The notes: generated by a model not told the origin, from the letters alone. 64,000 nucleotides of DNA from Octopus sinensis (GCF_006345805.1 NC_043013.1:32984001-33048000), one strand, 5' to 3'; shown: positions 1 to 14,930, counted from the stretch's first letter. A program made the numbers and translations.

Positions 1-44
1 TACTAATTCTGTGCCTTCTCCTTCTTGATAGTGTTCTTATCATC

Positions 45-352
45 ATGATCATCATCATCATCGTTATGAACATGATGATGATAATGATGACGATGGTAAT
101 GATGATGATGATGACAGTGATGATGATAGAGATGATGATGATGATGATGGTGATGATGATAGAGATGATGATGATGATGACGGTGATGATGATAGAGATG
201 ATGATGATGATGATGATGAAAGTGATGATGATGATAGAGATGATGATGATGATGGTGATGATGATGGTGATGATGATGATGATGAGAGTGATGATGATAG
301 AGATGATGATGATGATGATGATGAAAGTGATGATGATGATGATAGAGATGAT
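45..352. repeat. (ATG/GAT)n trinucleotide microsatellite
   Basis: Near-pure gatgatgat run; the Met-rich and Ser-rich ORFs here are artefacts of it. Confidence 0.95.
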
Positions 353-696
353 GGTTTATTTTTTATCCTTTTATTCTTCGGTTTCACTTTCTTTTTTCTT
401 CTTACCCTTCATCCCAGAACCTTCCCTGCCCTATCATTCCTATTCATGTACTGCTGTGATTTTTTTCTTGCCTCTTTTTTTTTTTAGTATTCTTGTCCTT
501 AAATGAAAATATATAAAAAAAAGACACCTTAACATGTTAAAAGAAATAAAGAAATGAAATGCTACAACACATACATTTATACCCTCGTCACGCAGACACA
601 TAAACACATATCCTCTCCCCATAAACGTACCTTCAATTCACACACTCACACACATACACACTCTGTCTGTCTCTGTCTCTGTCTGTCTGTCTGTCT

Positions 697-728
<32 letters not shown>

Positions 729-1184
729 ACGCTATCCCATTTTCCTTCAAAGACCTACACAAGACAAAGAATTTAACTCATAAAAAAGAACGTCTGACGT
801 AGTAAGCTTGAAGGTGTCACTTTTCCGACTTAATGTCTGGAACACGTGAATTAGCGCCGTCAGCAAATACAAAAGGAAATGAATGATGCTTTGAGAGCAT
901 CTTTAATTTACACCTAAAACTTGTATTGTGAATCTGAATCGTATCTCTGCGCAACGATTGAAATCTATACCCACTTTTTTAAAGAGCTTAACCAGAGAAA
1001 AAATGTCAGCGATATGAGCCCTTCTCTCAGTTATTTTTTAATTTTCTCAAAATGTATTGAGAGACAAGGTGTGAGTTATTTCCAGACCAGATGAATTAGG
1101 CAGGGCCCTTCATCAAGGTAAAAGAAAGGAAACGGTAAAATAAAAAGGGGAATAATTTATTGAGCATTTGCAGTTTATTTTTCC

Positions 1185-1386
1185 GGAGTGGCTGTGTGGT
1201 AAGTAGTTTGCTTACCAGCCACATGGTTCCAGGTTCATTCCCACTACGTGGCACCTTGGGCAAGTGTCTTCTACTATAGCCTCTGGCCGACCAAAGACTT
1301 GTGAGTGGATTTGTCGATAGAAATTGAAAGAAGCCCGCCGTATATATATATATATTATATATATATTATATATATATATATAATAT

Positions 1387-1417
<31 letters not shown>

Positions 1418-1629
1418 GATATATATATACATATATATATATGGTTGTGTGTTTGTGTGTCTGTGTTTGTCTGCTCACCATCGCTTGACAACCGATGTTG
1501 GTGTGTTTACGTCTCTGTAACTTAGCGGTTCGGCAAAAGAACCGATAGAATAAGTACTACTTCCAAAGAAGAAGGTGGTGCTCCAGCATGGCCACAGTCA
1601 AATGACTGAAACAAGTACAAGGTAAAAGA
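1185..1629 (+). mobile_element. tRNA-derived SINE, family A, full length with internal (TA)n/(TG)n linker
   Basis: A-box-like TGGCTGTGTGG, B-box-like GGTTCATTCCC; same body and tail (cttagcggttcggcaaaaga...gcagtcaaatgactgaaacaag) recur at 18577, 47396 and other loci in the window. Confidence 0.85.
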
Positions 1630-2093
1630 TATGTTTTGAAGCTTTATGTTTTAAGACCACTGAGGTGGTTTCATCCCACGCAATTGTTATTAATTTTCTT
1701 AAATAGAAATTTCTAGCATTGAAACAAAGTGGAACGCCCCAACGGCGATCAGTACAAAAATTCCGGATAGAATTAAACTCGGAGAGGGATTATATCTAAT
1801 ACGCAGAAACATGCAGCGTCTCTCCAAGGGACATCCGCACAGTTACCGTCCACCAAAATAGAATTACAACGGCTTGGTCAAAAACACATGTGGTAGAAGA
1901 TACATGGCCAAGAAAAAACTTGTGGAATCGAATTAGAAACCACAGAGTTCCAAATCGAACGTTTAAACCCCGCAGCCATAATTGCGTCATTTTAAACATC
2001 CACATCCTGATTCATATTTAGATCTTCTTAGGAATTCCGCCGTTACTATTGCATCACTATTCTTTGCCATTGTTTATCCATGCTTATCATTGT

Positions 2094-2193
2094 NNNNNNN
2101 NNNNNNNNNNNNNNNNNNNNNNNNNNNNNNNNNNNNNNNNNNNNNNNNNNNNNNNNNNNNNNNNNNNNNNNNNNNNNNNNNNNNNNNNNNNNN
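2094..2193. other. Assembly gap (100 N)
   Basis: Run of exactly 100 N. Confidence 1.
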
Positions 2194-2270
2194 TGAGTAC
2201 TCAATAGTTTAAGCATTGAGTTCATTTATTCCACATTGCTTCATATGTGTGTGTGGTGTGCGTATATATG

Positions 2271-2302
<32 letters not shown>

Positions 2303-2527
2303 ATATATAATATATATATATATATATAATATATATATACATGTGTGTGCATGTGTATATATTTCTGCGTATGATTGTATGTAAATATACATATATATAT
2401 ATATTTATACGTAAGAACATGTACATATGAACATATGCATGTCTATATATATATATATATATATACTATATATATATATGTATACACATATATATGTACA
2501 TATAATACAGATATATATGTATATATA

Positions 2528-2579
<52 letters not shown>

Positions 2580-3026
2580 TATATATGTTATGTATGTATT
2601 TATTGACGTATGTTTGTATCAGGACTGGTGAACTACAAATAGTCTACAGAGAGATTGAGTGAGGTGAGAGTGAGATAGAGAGAGAGAAAGAAAGATAGTA
2701 GGTGAGAAAGAGCGAAAGACAGAGAGAGAGGGGAGAAAAGATGAGGAGAGAAACGGGTAAAAAGAACAAGAACAGAAGAATGTAGTGGTTGAGAGAGAAT
2801 GTATGAGTGCTAAAATATTAATGAGATGAAAGCTGTTAGTGATCATAAGAGACGATATACTTAAAGAGACCGTTTGTGAGATAGGTACAACCAGCGAAAG
2901 TAGCTGAGGAGAATTTACTACATAAAATGTACGTGGATAAATTTAGAAACTGCGAATAAGAGTTTAATATGCACACACCTCCCTCTCTTTTTGAATCCCA
3001 TCCATCCATCCATCCATAAGCTAAGC

Positions 3027-3334
3027 ATGGCTTCGTGGTTGAGATAGTCAGCTCACGGTCGTAAGGTCGTGTGTTCAATTCCCAATGATGCGTTATGTCC
3101 TTAAGCAAGACTGTTTATTTTCATGTTGCTCCAGTTCTCGCAGCTGGCAAAAATGAGTCGCACCTGTATTTCAAACGGCTAGACTAGTCACAACTTGTGT
3201 AATGCTGAATCTTTCTGAGAACTGTGTTACGGGTACACGTGTCCGGTGAGTGGTCAACCACTTGCAAGTTAATTACATGAGCAGGCTGTTCTGTTGATCG
3301 TATGATTTGCGACCTTGTTATAATCGACGGAGTG
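3027..3334 (+). mobile_element. tRNA-derived SINE, family C
   Basis: tRNA-like head (gtggttgag...gtgttcaattccc), gtccttaagcaag core, 3' domain (gggtacacgtg...gagcaggctgttc) shared with copies at 29043, 46590 and 48657. Confidence 0.8.
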
Positions 3335-3358
3335 TTTCTCTCTCTCTTTTTCTTTCTT

Positions 3359-3412
<54 letters not shown>

Positions 3413-3773
3413 ATGACTGCAGTCATTAAGAAGCTTTTGTTCATCTTGAGGTTGATAGAGGTTCCTTGTATTTCTTGATGAGAAGACGGCATAATGCAAC
3501 CTTCATTCCTTCGGAATTAAGAGTATGCAGTCTTCGAAACATATGTCGAAAGTAAAGGAATATTGTTAAAATCTTCGTTCGACTCCATTCTTTTCATTTA
3601 TTTATATAAAAAAAACACACAAATTTCCACACACGAATACGGGGTTCTGCCCTTGACATGTAACTTCAACCGTGTTTTACTGACGTGAATTTGCTACCCA
3701 GGTATCGATTAATCAAATTATCCATACTAGGATAATTCATTCATCTACTTAAATATATATATATATATATATT

Positions 3774-3805
<32 letters not shown>

Positions 3806-3810
3806 ATTTT

Positions 3811-3963
3811 CCCCCAACTTCGCTTGACAACATATGCTAGTGTGTTTACGTCCCCGTAACTTAGCGGTTCAGCAAACGGAACCGATAGAATAAGTACTAG
3901 GCTTCCAAAGAATAAGCTCTGGCCGCAGTCAAATGACAGAAACAATTAAAAGAATAAAAGAAT
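3811..3963 (+). mobile_element. SINE family A, 3' half
   Basis: Matches the 3' half of 1185-1629. Confidence 0.8.
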
Positions 3964-4714
3964 ATCTATGCAGACATACGCACACACACACACGCACATA
4001 GACAGACAGACATGCACACACCACACGCTCATATATATCCTCATTTGGAATGGAATATAGAGTCGGTGCTTTTCGATTATTGCTTTATCAGAAACCTTAT
4101 CTCGTGTAAATATAGCCACAATCCAGGTCCTTGCATGTATGATCTCTGAGCTAAACATGGGGATGTGATAGCTGTTACTTGTGTGTGCGTGCGTGCGTCC
4201 GTGTGTGTGTGAGTGAATGAAAGAGAGATAGGGAGAGAGAGCAAGAGGAAAAAGAAACAAAGTATAGGTATACATATATACATATACTTATACTCACCTG
4301 TTGTATGATAACCTTCCCTTTTTTTTTTATTTAGGGATGGTTTCGCATACTCGTAAAAAATCTGATTTGCTGGATCCCTTGCGGATATTTGTTAAGTTTT
4401 TCCATAGAGCAATTTTACCTTTCATTCTGCCGAAGTCTTATTCAAGTAATGAAGTGACTAGAATCTAGAGCTAGCACCTTCTCATCTACAGCCACCTTAA
4501 AGAAACTTCCATTGCTACCACAACTAGCTCGTTGGCCTCCCGCCTGCAACTAGTCCTTTTGCTGAAAAGTATGTTGTAAGCCCTGCAGAGGCAATGAACT
4601 ACAAGCCTTCTGCATTCTATCATGATAGGTGCAATATATTATGTCTTGCTTTCTACCGTTTCTCCTATTCCTCTGACATTTCAAATTCAATAATTCTTTG
4701 TACAATAGATGCAA

Positions 4715-4898
4715 GGCCATACATTTTGAGGGTAAGAAGCTAGTCGATTATATCAACCCCAGTGCTCAACTGGTACTTATTCCATCGATCAGGAATGGTC
4801 AAGTCGATTTGAGCGAATCAAAACTTACGAAGTAAAGACAAACGAAATACCGCTGAATATTTTGTCAGGCTTGCTAACGATTCTGCCTGACCGCTGTC
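4715..4898 (-). mobile_element. SINE family B, diverged
   Basis: Reverse match to the aggcggcgagctggcagaatcgttagc...gtcgactttgcctttcatcc...taagtaccag family. Confidence 0.7.
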
Positions 4899-5407
4899 TT
4901 TCTGCAATAAAAGCCCCCCTAAGTAGAAGAAAAATAACGAAGTTACAGTTAATTATTTGGTTGATATTGAAATATATAAAAAAAATTAGAAGGTAAAAAA
5001 AAGGAGCAGAACGTGATAGAACCAATGTAAAATCGCTGAACGTTACCAAATTAAGAAACAGATAAAATATAATAAAAATAAGCTCTAAAAACTTAAAATT
5101 TGAAAATTAATCGGTACTTAGAAAAAAAAAAGATTAAAAAGCTGATAAATCAGAATGTTAAAAAGTAACCAGAAAATTAATGCAAGATGGCCTCACAGTG
5201 AGTTGAATGCGGAGTGTAGGAAATTAGTCGATTTTTTATCAGATCCCTATCTCCAAATTTTTCTACTTATTTTTTGCGTCTATCTCTTTCTGACTGTTTG
5301 TCAGTCTATCTGACTGCTTCTGTCTGGTCTCTGTGTCTCTAAATATTTGTTTCCAGCTCTGTGTTAACAAAATTAATCTATTTTTAATGTGAAATATATA
5401 TATATAT

Positions 5408-5655
5408 ATCACCGTGATCGAGCAGGCTATCAGATGTTCCTATACATCGCTGGTCGCAATGCGCTTCGCGTTGTTTTAGCCTTCAAATGACGCCACCCCG
5501 CTGGCTAAGCGAGCAGGCCAACAGAAGAAAGGGTGAGAGAAAGAGTACAGCAGGGATCACCACCACCACCTGCCGGAGCCTCATGGAGCTTTAGGTTTTT
5601 TCGCTCAATAAATACTCAACGCCCGGTCTGGCAATCGAAACCAAGGAAATGGACA
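5408..5655 (-). mobile_element. SINE family D (head/core as at 48657, different 3' tail)
   Basis: Minus strand ggtttcgattgccagaccgggcgttgag...gctccatgaggctccggcagg matches the head/core of 48657-48840. Confidence 0.7.
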
Positions 5656-5993
5656 TTTTTCTTAAACAACGAAAAAATGCAGTACAAGACATACAACACA
5701 AGGATCATTACCCTTCTTCAGCCGCCTCTGTTTCATCTATTCCGCGTTTCGAAGGTAAAGGTGAGACACGACTTCATTGAAACAATCCTTCCCGCAAAAG
5801 CAAATTAAATAAAATTTGAGATTTTTTTGCGGAGGGTAAAAATGGTAACAAAAACAGGACAGTCAAGACAGTACAAAATATAAACAGTAAAAGACAGGAC
5901 AAGGAGAATAACAGTAACACGAACATTGAGGGCTGTTAAGCCAGAACGAATGAAAAAGTATTTTGAACACATATATATATATATGTGTGTGTA

Positions 5994-6835
5994 TAGCGTG
6001 CGATAGGTAAATTGCTGCCCGTTAATATTTTTTTTATTTCACGCATGCGCATTGTTTGCTTTTGATTTTGTCGACTACACAGTTTAGAAAGATCAGTTGG
6101 GCACCGTCTGTGAGAAAAACAGAACCTTGACACAGTTCTCTCTACCAGAAATTTGTAAATAGCATGCTGTACTGCTCCGCATTCGTGCCGGAAGCTCCAA
6201 CAGGAACATTGCAGAGTGTTTGAGTGTCAGTCTGAGGAGTGCAATCTGAGGACATGTACCGAGATTAATAAAAATAAAAACATCCAATCAACATCATGGT
6301 GTTTTGAATGATAACTAATGATGGCGACTTTATGTCTCCATTCATCTTCCCACATAGCCTCACACTCAACATCGACGCCTACATCAGGTGCCTGGAGTAG
6401 GTAGTGCCGCTCTGGATCAAGAGAGTGGCTGCTGGAAGACCCTATGTCTGGCAGCAGCAATCTGCATCATGCCACCCAAGTAGGAGTGCCCAGTCATGGC
6501 TGTCATACAACTTCTGAGACCACACCAGCCCCTAACATCTGGCTACCTAACTCTCCAAACTGCAACCCCTTGATTATTGTGTGGGGCACAGTTGAGCGAG
6601 AGACCAACAAAACTCCTTGTAACACCAAAGGTGAACTGAAGGGAAGGATTATGGCACCATTCACCAACATAAACATGTAGACCGTCCAGAAGAGTAGCAG
6701 GAGATTGCGAAGTGGTTTGGAGGCCGTGGTTGTGGCCAATGGCGATTTTATTGAATGAATTTACTATTAAAATGAGATATCAGTATTATTTTCGTTTTTG
6801 CATAATTTAGGTGACAGTTTATTCACTGCACCCTG
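5994..6835 (+). mobile_element. Internally deleted Tc1/mariner-superfamily transposon, DD37D (maT)-like
   Basis: Decayed transposase C-terminus 6284-6757 (RPYVWQQ.SASCH...IWLPNSPNCNPL[D]..VWGTVERETNKTPCNTKGELKGRI); spacing of the last two catalytic positions fits DD37D. Right TIR gacagtttattcactgcaccctg; degenerate left TIR tagcgtgcgataggtaaattgc. Confidence 0.8.
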
Positions 6836-6881
6836 TGTGTGTGTGTGTGTGGTGTGTGTGTGTGTATATGTATATATATAC

Positions 6882-7046
6882 ACGGCGGGCGTCTTTCAGT
6901 TTCCGTCTAACAAATCCACTCTCTAGTTCTTGGTCGGCCCGTGGGTACCGTAGAAGACACTTACCAAAAGATATCACGCAGTGGAACTGAACTGAAACCG
7001 TATCGTTGGGAAATAAGCTTCTTACCACACAGCCGCGCCTGCGCCT
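6882..7046 (-). mobile_element. SINE family A, 5' half
   Basis: Reverse complement of the head at 1185. Confidence 0.85.
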
Positions 7047-7084
7047 ATATTCATACGTATATACATATTTACATACATACATAC

Positions 7085-7115
<31 letters not shown>

Positions 7116-7119
7116 CATT

Positions 7120-7270
7120 CTTTCCCCAGTCGAGTACCGGATTATCTTCGCAATTTCGGCTGATTATACTCGAGATTGCTCCAATCTGGCTGCCCTCAAT
7201 GAAAAACTAAGCTAAGAGCATTAGATTTCTTGGAAGAAAGCAGCGAAAATATACAAATACAAGGACGAAA
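7120..7270 (-). repeat. Dispersed repeat also present at ~48370-48510 (probably PLE-associated)
   Basis: Minus strand ccaagaaatctaatgctcttagcttagttttt...gattggagcaat matches 48385-48445; family assignment is inference. Confidence 0.6.
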
Positions 7271-7462
7271 AAAAAGGACAATGTTATACAAATACAATAA
7301 AATAATAACAGGACATAACAGGTGTCTTTCGACTAGGGCCGAATGAAAGTAAGCTGGCGTGTGCGCAAATGAAGCCTTACGGCAGGGATACAAGATTTCA
7401 CAGGCACAGGGAGGAATATCGATGTTGCACGGACAACGGCCAGACCAAGAATAAAGATCAGG

Positions 7463-7508
<46 letters not shown>

Positions 7509-8145
7509 TATTGTGAAGGATGAAAGCAGGTGCTCATTTAAAATAATACTGAAAGCAATACAACAGCTAGCAATGTAGTTTAAACTATTAATGAGTTCCG
7601 ACAATGTGTGCCGACATTGAGCGGATTTCAAACCAAAACTTTAAAAAAGAAAACAGTAAAGAAAAAGAAAAAAAAGAGGTAATGCCAATGTCAGTAAACA
7701 TTTTGTTCGACATTTTACCATTTGTGCCATTTCACTAACCTCTCGATATTAATAACGAATAAAGAATGAAAAATGAATGAAATATAACTAAAAGATTATA
7801 AGAGTAATTCATAAAATATATTATCAGTGATAAGCAAATAGATGTACGTTATTTGAAAAATACTGTTTATAGCGAGTGAACTCCACTTAGGAACGCATCA
7901 TTAATTCCTAAGGCAGGTGCAGGACATTGGTATGGATGTTAGAGTTACTAAGTGAAAATGAGTATCATTGATGACTGAACGCAGAGCTACGAAATGCTTC
8001 TTGATTGCTGTGATTCCTGTTACTATTACAATATGATTATGGACGAGTAGTGGGAGTAGACATATACATATACAGTGAAAGAAACGCATACGTAGACAGA
8101 AATATGCATACGTACGCAGGCTAGCATATATACACATACACACAC

Positions 8146-8208
<63 letters not shown>

Positions 8209-8384
8209 CATATATGCATATATATATTTCATATATATGGATATACATACATATATATGTATACATGAATACATACATTTATGTATATATATATATATAT
8301 ATACATATATGTACATATGGATATATATGTATATGTAATATATATTTATATACATATAAGTATATATATACATTTATATATATG

Positions 8385-8419
<35 letters not shown>

Positions 8420-8520
8420 TTGGAGACTAAATGATATATATATGCACATGAGCATATCTTTCTCATTTAATTTTCTGTCTATGAATGTCATTTATGCGTG
8501 CGTGCGTGCGCGCTCTCTCC

Positions 8521-8551
<31 letters not shown>

Positions 8552-8961
8552 GCGCGCGAGTGTGTGTATGAATGCACTTGTGAGGACGTGTGTTGCTAAA
8601 TAATCGCATGATTATACGAATCTATAAGTTGATTTATAACCGTGTGTTTCATTGCGGCAGTATAAGGGAATATTCTGAGAATGGTAATAATTCAATGGAT
8701 GATGAAGCACGCAATACATGATTGTGTATATATATATATATAAGCTTAGAGAGACACATGTGTATGTGTGTGTGTGTGTGTATCACTTTGTGTAAATGTA
8801 TTTCTATGTATACTTAGGATAAAATTAGTCAGCTGGACTCATGAATTGTTTAGAAGAACTCGATGGATACATGAAACAGACCGTTTCATCCAATAATTGT
8901 GTTTCAGTTTAGTTCTTATCACCTTTTAGTTACCTCCTGCTCGTCCTTCTCTTCCATCATC

Positions 8962-9007
<46 letters not shown>

Positions 9008-9009
9008 GC

Positions 9010-9419
9010 TATGTCTACACTATGGAAAAACAACAGAAAAAAGCTCACGCCAGAAAAGGTCACAGAAAACTCGAAAGCAACCATACTATGAGATATGCCA
9101 ATACACACAGATAGAGAAATTAAGGCCAATAGGCAGGATATAGTTGTTAGAGCACATGAAGAAAAACAAATGCTTTCTAATTGATGTATCAATACCAGCA
9201 GATGACGTTTCTCTAAAAGAAATGGAGAAACCTTCAAAATACAAAGACCTGGAAATAGAGGTAACCTAAACGTGGAGCCTAAAAACAGAGACAATCCCTA
9301 TCATAGTGGGCGCATTATGCATAATAAAAAATATTCAGAAAAATAAATACATGACAAAAACACCAGGACTCACAAATATATGTAACATACCGAAAATTGT
9401 ACTACTTGGCTTTGCAGAC

Positions 9420-9420
<1 letters not shown>
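9010..9420 (+). pseudogene. R4/Dong-like non-LTR retrotransposon fragment, REL endonuclease domain
   Basis: Frameshifted translation KVTENSKATIL*DMPIHTDREIKANRQDIVV..CFLIDVSIPADD.SLKEMEKPSKYKDLEIEV..W.LKTETIPIIVGAL; has the REL [RP]D..D..KY..L pattern. Confidence 0.85.
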
Positions 9421-10578
<1,158 letters not shown>

Positions 10579-10680
10579 AATGTATACTATGAGTTTCTTT
10601 GCCCTAGGAGTCGGGAAGACACTCGGCAAGAAATGGAAGCAAATTTGAAGGAAGAAAAAAAAAATAATAATAATAATAAT

Positions 10681-10921
10681 CTTCCCTACTATAGGTAAAA
10701 GACATGAAATTTGTGAGGAGGGATTCAAGTCGATTACATAATAATAATAAGGGCAGCAATTTTGGGGAAGGTGATGAGCCGATTACATCGATCCCAGTAT
10801 TTCACTGGTACTTACTTTATCGAACCCGAATTAATGAAAGGCAAATTTGACCTCGGTAGAACACGAACTCATAACGTAGACACGGATGAAATGACACTAC
10901 GCATTTCGTCCAGCATGCTAA
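10681..10921 (-). mobile_element. SINE family B with duplicated tail
   Basis: gattacatcgatcccag...ctggtactt...aaaggcaaatttgacctcgg; tail segment present twice. Confidence 0.75.
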
Positions 10922-11150
<229 letters not shown>

Positions 11151-11157
11151 ATTGTGA

Positions 11158-11362
11158 TTTCAAATTTTGGCACAAGGCCAGAAATTTCGAGGGAGGTGTT
11201 AAGTCGATTATATCGACCCCATTGCCAAACTGGTAATTATTGTATAAACACCGTAATGTTGAAAGGCAAAGTAATCCTCGGTGGAATTTGAACTCAGAAC
11301 GTAAAGACGGACGAAATGCCGCTAAGCATTTCGCCCGGTGTGCTAACATTTCTGCCAGCTGA
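11158..11362 (-). mobile_element. SINE family B
   Basis: Reverse match to family B head, body and tail. Confidence 0.8.
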
Positions 11363-11809
11363 CCGTATTACACACACACACATACACACACACATACATA
11401 CATACATAGAAACATACAAACATATACACACACACGTATGGTAACAATTCTGCTAGCTCGCCGCCTTTATTACAATGATAATAATGATAACAGTATTAAT
11501 GATAATAACGATAATGATAATTTCTTCCATTTTAGTCTTTCTCAACCATAATTTAACATTTACCCGTATCTCAGCAACAAACTGATTTTCAGAACTACAC
11601 AAACTTGCGGACGTTCACATTTTCACATATAGAAGTACGAGAAAGCAAAGCGCAGACATGCGTACATTAATACATCCATCCACGCCAGCATACTTACATA
11701 CACACATACATACATGCATACATACATACATACACGCATGCATCATTGCATATATGCATACATACGTACGTACACACGTACATGCATTCATGAGCATTCA
11801 GAGACATAT

Positions 11810-12300
11810 CAGTAACCAGCAAGCCACCGCGACCCATAGCCTCTATCACCGTTACGATAACCATCACCATCACTACCATCATCGCCAGTACATCCACCAT
11901 CACCACCACATCCACCATCAGCACCACCACTACCAGCACCAACACATCCACCATCAGCACCACCACTACCTCCAGCGCCCTCACCACAACCAGCCCCCCC
12001 CCCCAAAAAAAAAAACCCATTAGCAGCACCACCGGTACAACCACCAACACATCCACCATCAACCACCACCACAAACTCCAGCACCCACACTACCACCAGC
12101 ACCAGCACCATCACCACCATTACCACATCCACCACCACTATATCCACCATCAACACCACCAACACCTCTAGCGCCCTGACGACCATGTGCACCAGCACCA
12201 CCAGCATTACCACCAACTTCACCACCACCACCACCACCACCACCATCTCCACCACCACCTCCACCAACACTAAATAGCACAAAAGACCACCACCACCATC
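11810..12300. repeat. Degenerate (CAC/CAT)n low-complexity repeat
   Basis: CAC-based triplet periodicity with short internal duplications. Confidence 0.8.
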
Positions 12301-12848
12301 AAATAGCACAAAAGACAGATTAGGATAACCTTACAATATTCTTAATGATTGCTGACTAATAATCCATGGCTCATTGCGTCAAAATCACTCATCTGACCCA
12401 AATCTGAGGGTCAAAGAATTTGCCCAAATTGCAGCCATATTTAATTATTTCCATCCTCCTCCTCCTCCTTCTCCTCCTCCTTCTCCTCCTCCTCTCCTCC
12501 TCTTCCCCTCCTCCTTCATCTCCTCCCACTCCGTCTCTTCGTATCTTTTATCAACGAGACGAGAATAAACATTGAGAAATAAACTTTTGTGATGTCTCTG
12601 CAATTTAGTTAATGGCAAAAATAAACGATACGGGTGCGTGTTTGTAGGTTTACATGTTGGTGTTTAGACATACATACACATGCACAAACCCGCACACACA
12701 CGCACACCCACACATATATATGCATGATTTCTATATGTGCGTCAATATATATTTGTTTATATGTATAGTTACATACATACATGTAAACCTATACATACAC
12801 ACACATATATATATATATGTCTATATATATATATATATATATAATATA

Positions 12849-12887
<39 letters not shown>

Positions 12888-13069
12888 TGTGCTTTCTGCG
12901 TTCGAACTATGCCAGCGTCGGCTAAAGTGTTTGCCTTCGCTGTAGTTGATGAAGTAATCAATTGCGACGTATTCGGTTGTCTTATATATTTCACCTTTAT
13001 GATACATGTATAACAATCCAATTATATTTCTGAAAATATTAATCCACTTAAAATCTACGTATGTGACCG

Positions 13070-13430
13070 CTTAGATTCCTCCGTGCCATGAAACACACAA
13101 GGCAACAACAGATCACTCCAACCATCTCTGTTTTCTGGCAATGTTCTCCTCGCATTTTAGCTTCTCCATCCTTCTCGTCTCCGTCCCTATTCAATGATCC
13201 TTCACCATGTAGTTTTAGCTCGCCCTGCTGCACTTTTTTCTCTCAGGCTTCTACTTTAATGTCACCCTAAAATCGCGTTCTCGATTTAGTTGCAAGACGC
13301 GTTCGATCCAGTTCCACTATCTGCTTCTTATTTCGTCTCTGATCCTGTTGCTGCCCGTTGTCGTCTCAACTGATGTCGAGTATTCTCCTTAGGCATGTGA
13401 ATTGGAAGCTGTACATAATTTAAGTTTTCT
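13070..13430 (-). pseudogene. RTE-like LINE 3' end (post-RT C-terminus)
   Basis: Decayed SFQFTCLRRILDIS...IRDEIRSR*WNWIERVL...RVTLK*KPE...RAKTTW...NRDGWSDL, the typical RTE W.W.GHV.R / W.P.G.R..GRP..TW region. Confidence 0.75.
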
Positions 13431-14139
13431 TTCTTGGATTGAATAGCCTACTGAAAATGTAGAAGAAGAAACATAAATAAATATATTAAATAACATGGAA
13501 AATCGAATAAATACTATAAGCTTCGGTTGTGAGTTTTTGCTAACTTCGTGATCTTTACATCGTCGGTCAACTTGAGCTGGTGTTCACAACAGCGATCACA
13601 ATGGCAGCAGCAAGACGATTTTAATTATGGAACTCAAGAACCACTAAAAGTGATTCTGCGTCACCAAAAGCATTGACAATGTGTCTTTAATATAACAAAA
13701 ACGATCTCAAGTAATTATTTGAGTATCACATCAACCGTCATCGTTTAAAACAAAGAAAGACACACTGGATAATGTAGTCTGTTAACAGAAGACATGATCA
13801 TAACGAGAATATTTTTGATTAGACGGTTATCCAATCAAGACTGACCTAACTTCTATTGTTCAAATATGGTTTGAATTCGTATCCCGTAGTAGTAGAATTG
13901 CATTTTGTCATTCGGGGACCGCTAAATTAAGTACGATTCAAGAGCAATGTGATGAGTGGTCAACCGTATAAACATCCATGTATGCATACATCGTATAAAC
14001 ATGAACCCCATCAGTTCAAACTTGTATTTTAAATTTTGTTTCCGTGAGAAGCTTTTCGCCCTATTTTAAGATATATTTTACTTTTCTTTGTACTTATGGT
14101 CGAAACCATTAATTACTCAATATATTAGTTTATGTTACT

Positions 14140-14456
14140 CGTTTCAAATTTTGGCACAAGGCCAGCAATTTCGTTGAGTAGTATGTCGATTACATTGATC
14201 CCAATGCCCAGCTGGTATTTAATACTACATACGAAGAAACTGGTTTCAAATAATGGCACAAGGCCAGCAATTTTGGGGGATGGTTTAAGTCGATTACATC
14301 GATCCCAGTACGCAACTGGTACTTGATTTATCGACCCTGAAAGGATGAAAGGCAAAGTCGACCTGTGCAGAATTTTAACTCAGAACGTAAAGACGGACAA
14401 AATGTCGCTAAGCATTTTGCCCGACGTGCAAAAGGTTCTGCCAACACATCGCCTTA
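14140..14456 (-). mobile_element. SINE family B with duplicated tail
   Basis: Two ggcacaaggccagcaattt...gtcgattaca tail blocks followed by body and head. Confidence 0.8.
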
Positions 14457-14469
14457 ATAATGTTTTATG

Positions 14470-14689
14470 ATATCCTTTTCTGCTCTAGGTACAAGGCCCG
14501 AAATTTGAGGGGAGGGGGCCAGTCGATTAGATCGACTCCAGTAAGCAACTGGTACTTAATTTATCGATCCCGAAAGGATAAAAGGCAAAGTCGATCTCGG
14601 CGGAATTTTAACTCTGAACGTAAAAACAGACGAAATACTGCTAAGGATTTCGCCCGGCGTGCTAACGTTTGTGCCATCTCGCCGCCTTA
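14470..14689 (-). mobile_element. SINE family B
   Basis: Full reverse match ending at ...ctcgccgcctt. Confidence 0.85.
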
Positions 14690-14716
14690 ATGTTTTATAA
14701 TTTTGGCAATGGTTGA

Positions 14717-14930
14717 AAGGCGGCGAGCTGGCAGAGTCATTATCGCGCTGGACGAAATGCTTAATGGTTTTTCGCCCGTCTTTATGTTCTGAGTTCAAGT
14801 TCCACCGAGGTCGATTTTGCTTTTCATCCTTTCGGGGTCGATAAATTAAGTACTAGTGAAACACATGGTTCGATGTAATCGACTAGCTCCCTCTCTTAAA
14901 TTTCTGACCTTCTGCCTATAGAAGAAAGGA
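14717..14930 (+). mobile_element. SINE family B
   Basis: aaggcggcgagctggcagag...gttcaagttcc...ggggtcgataaattaagtac. Confidence 0.85.

Noticed and set aside
1730-2093. Non-repetitive segment with short ORFs and faint MULE-transposase-like words
   Set aside because: No frame gives a convincing motif; stops in all frames; truncated by the gap.
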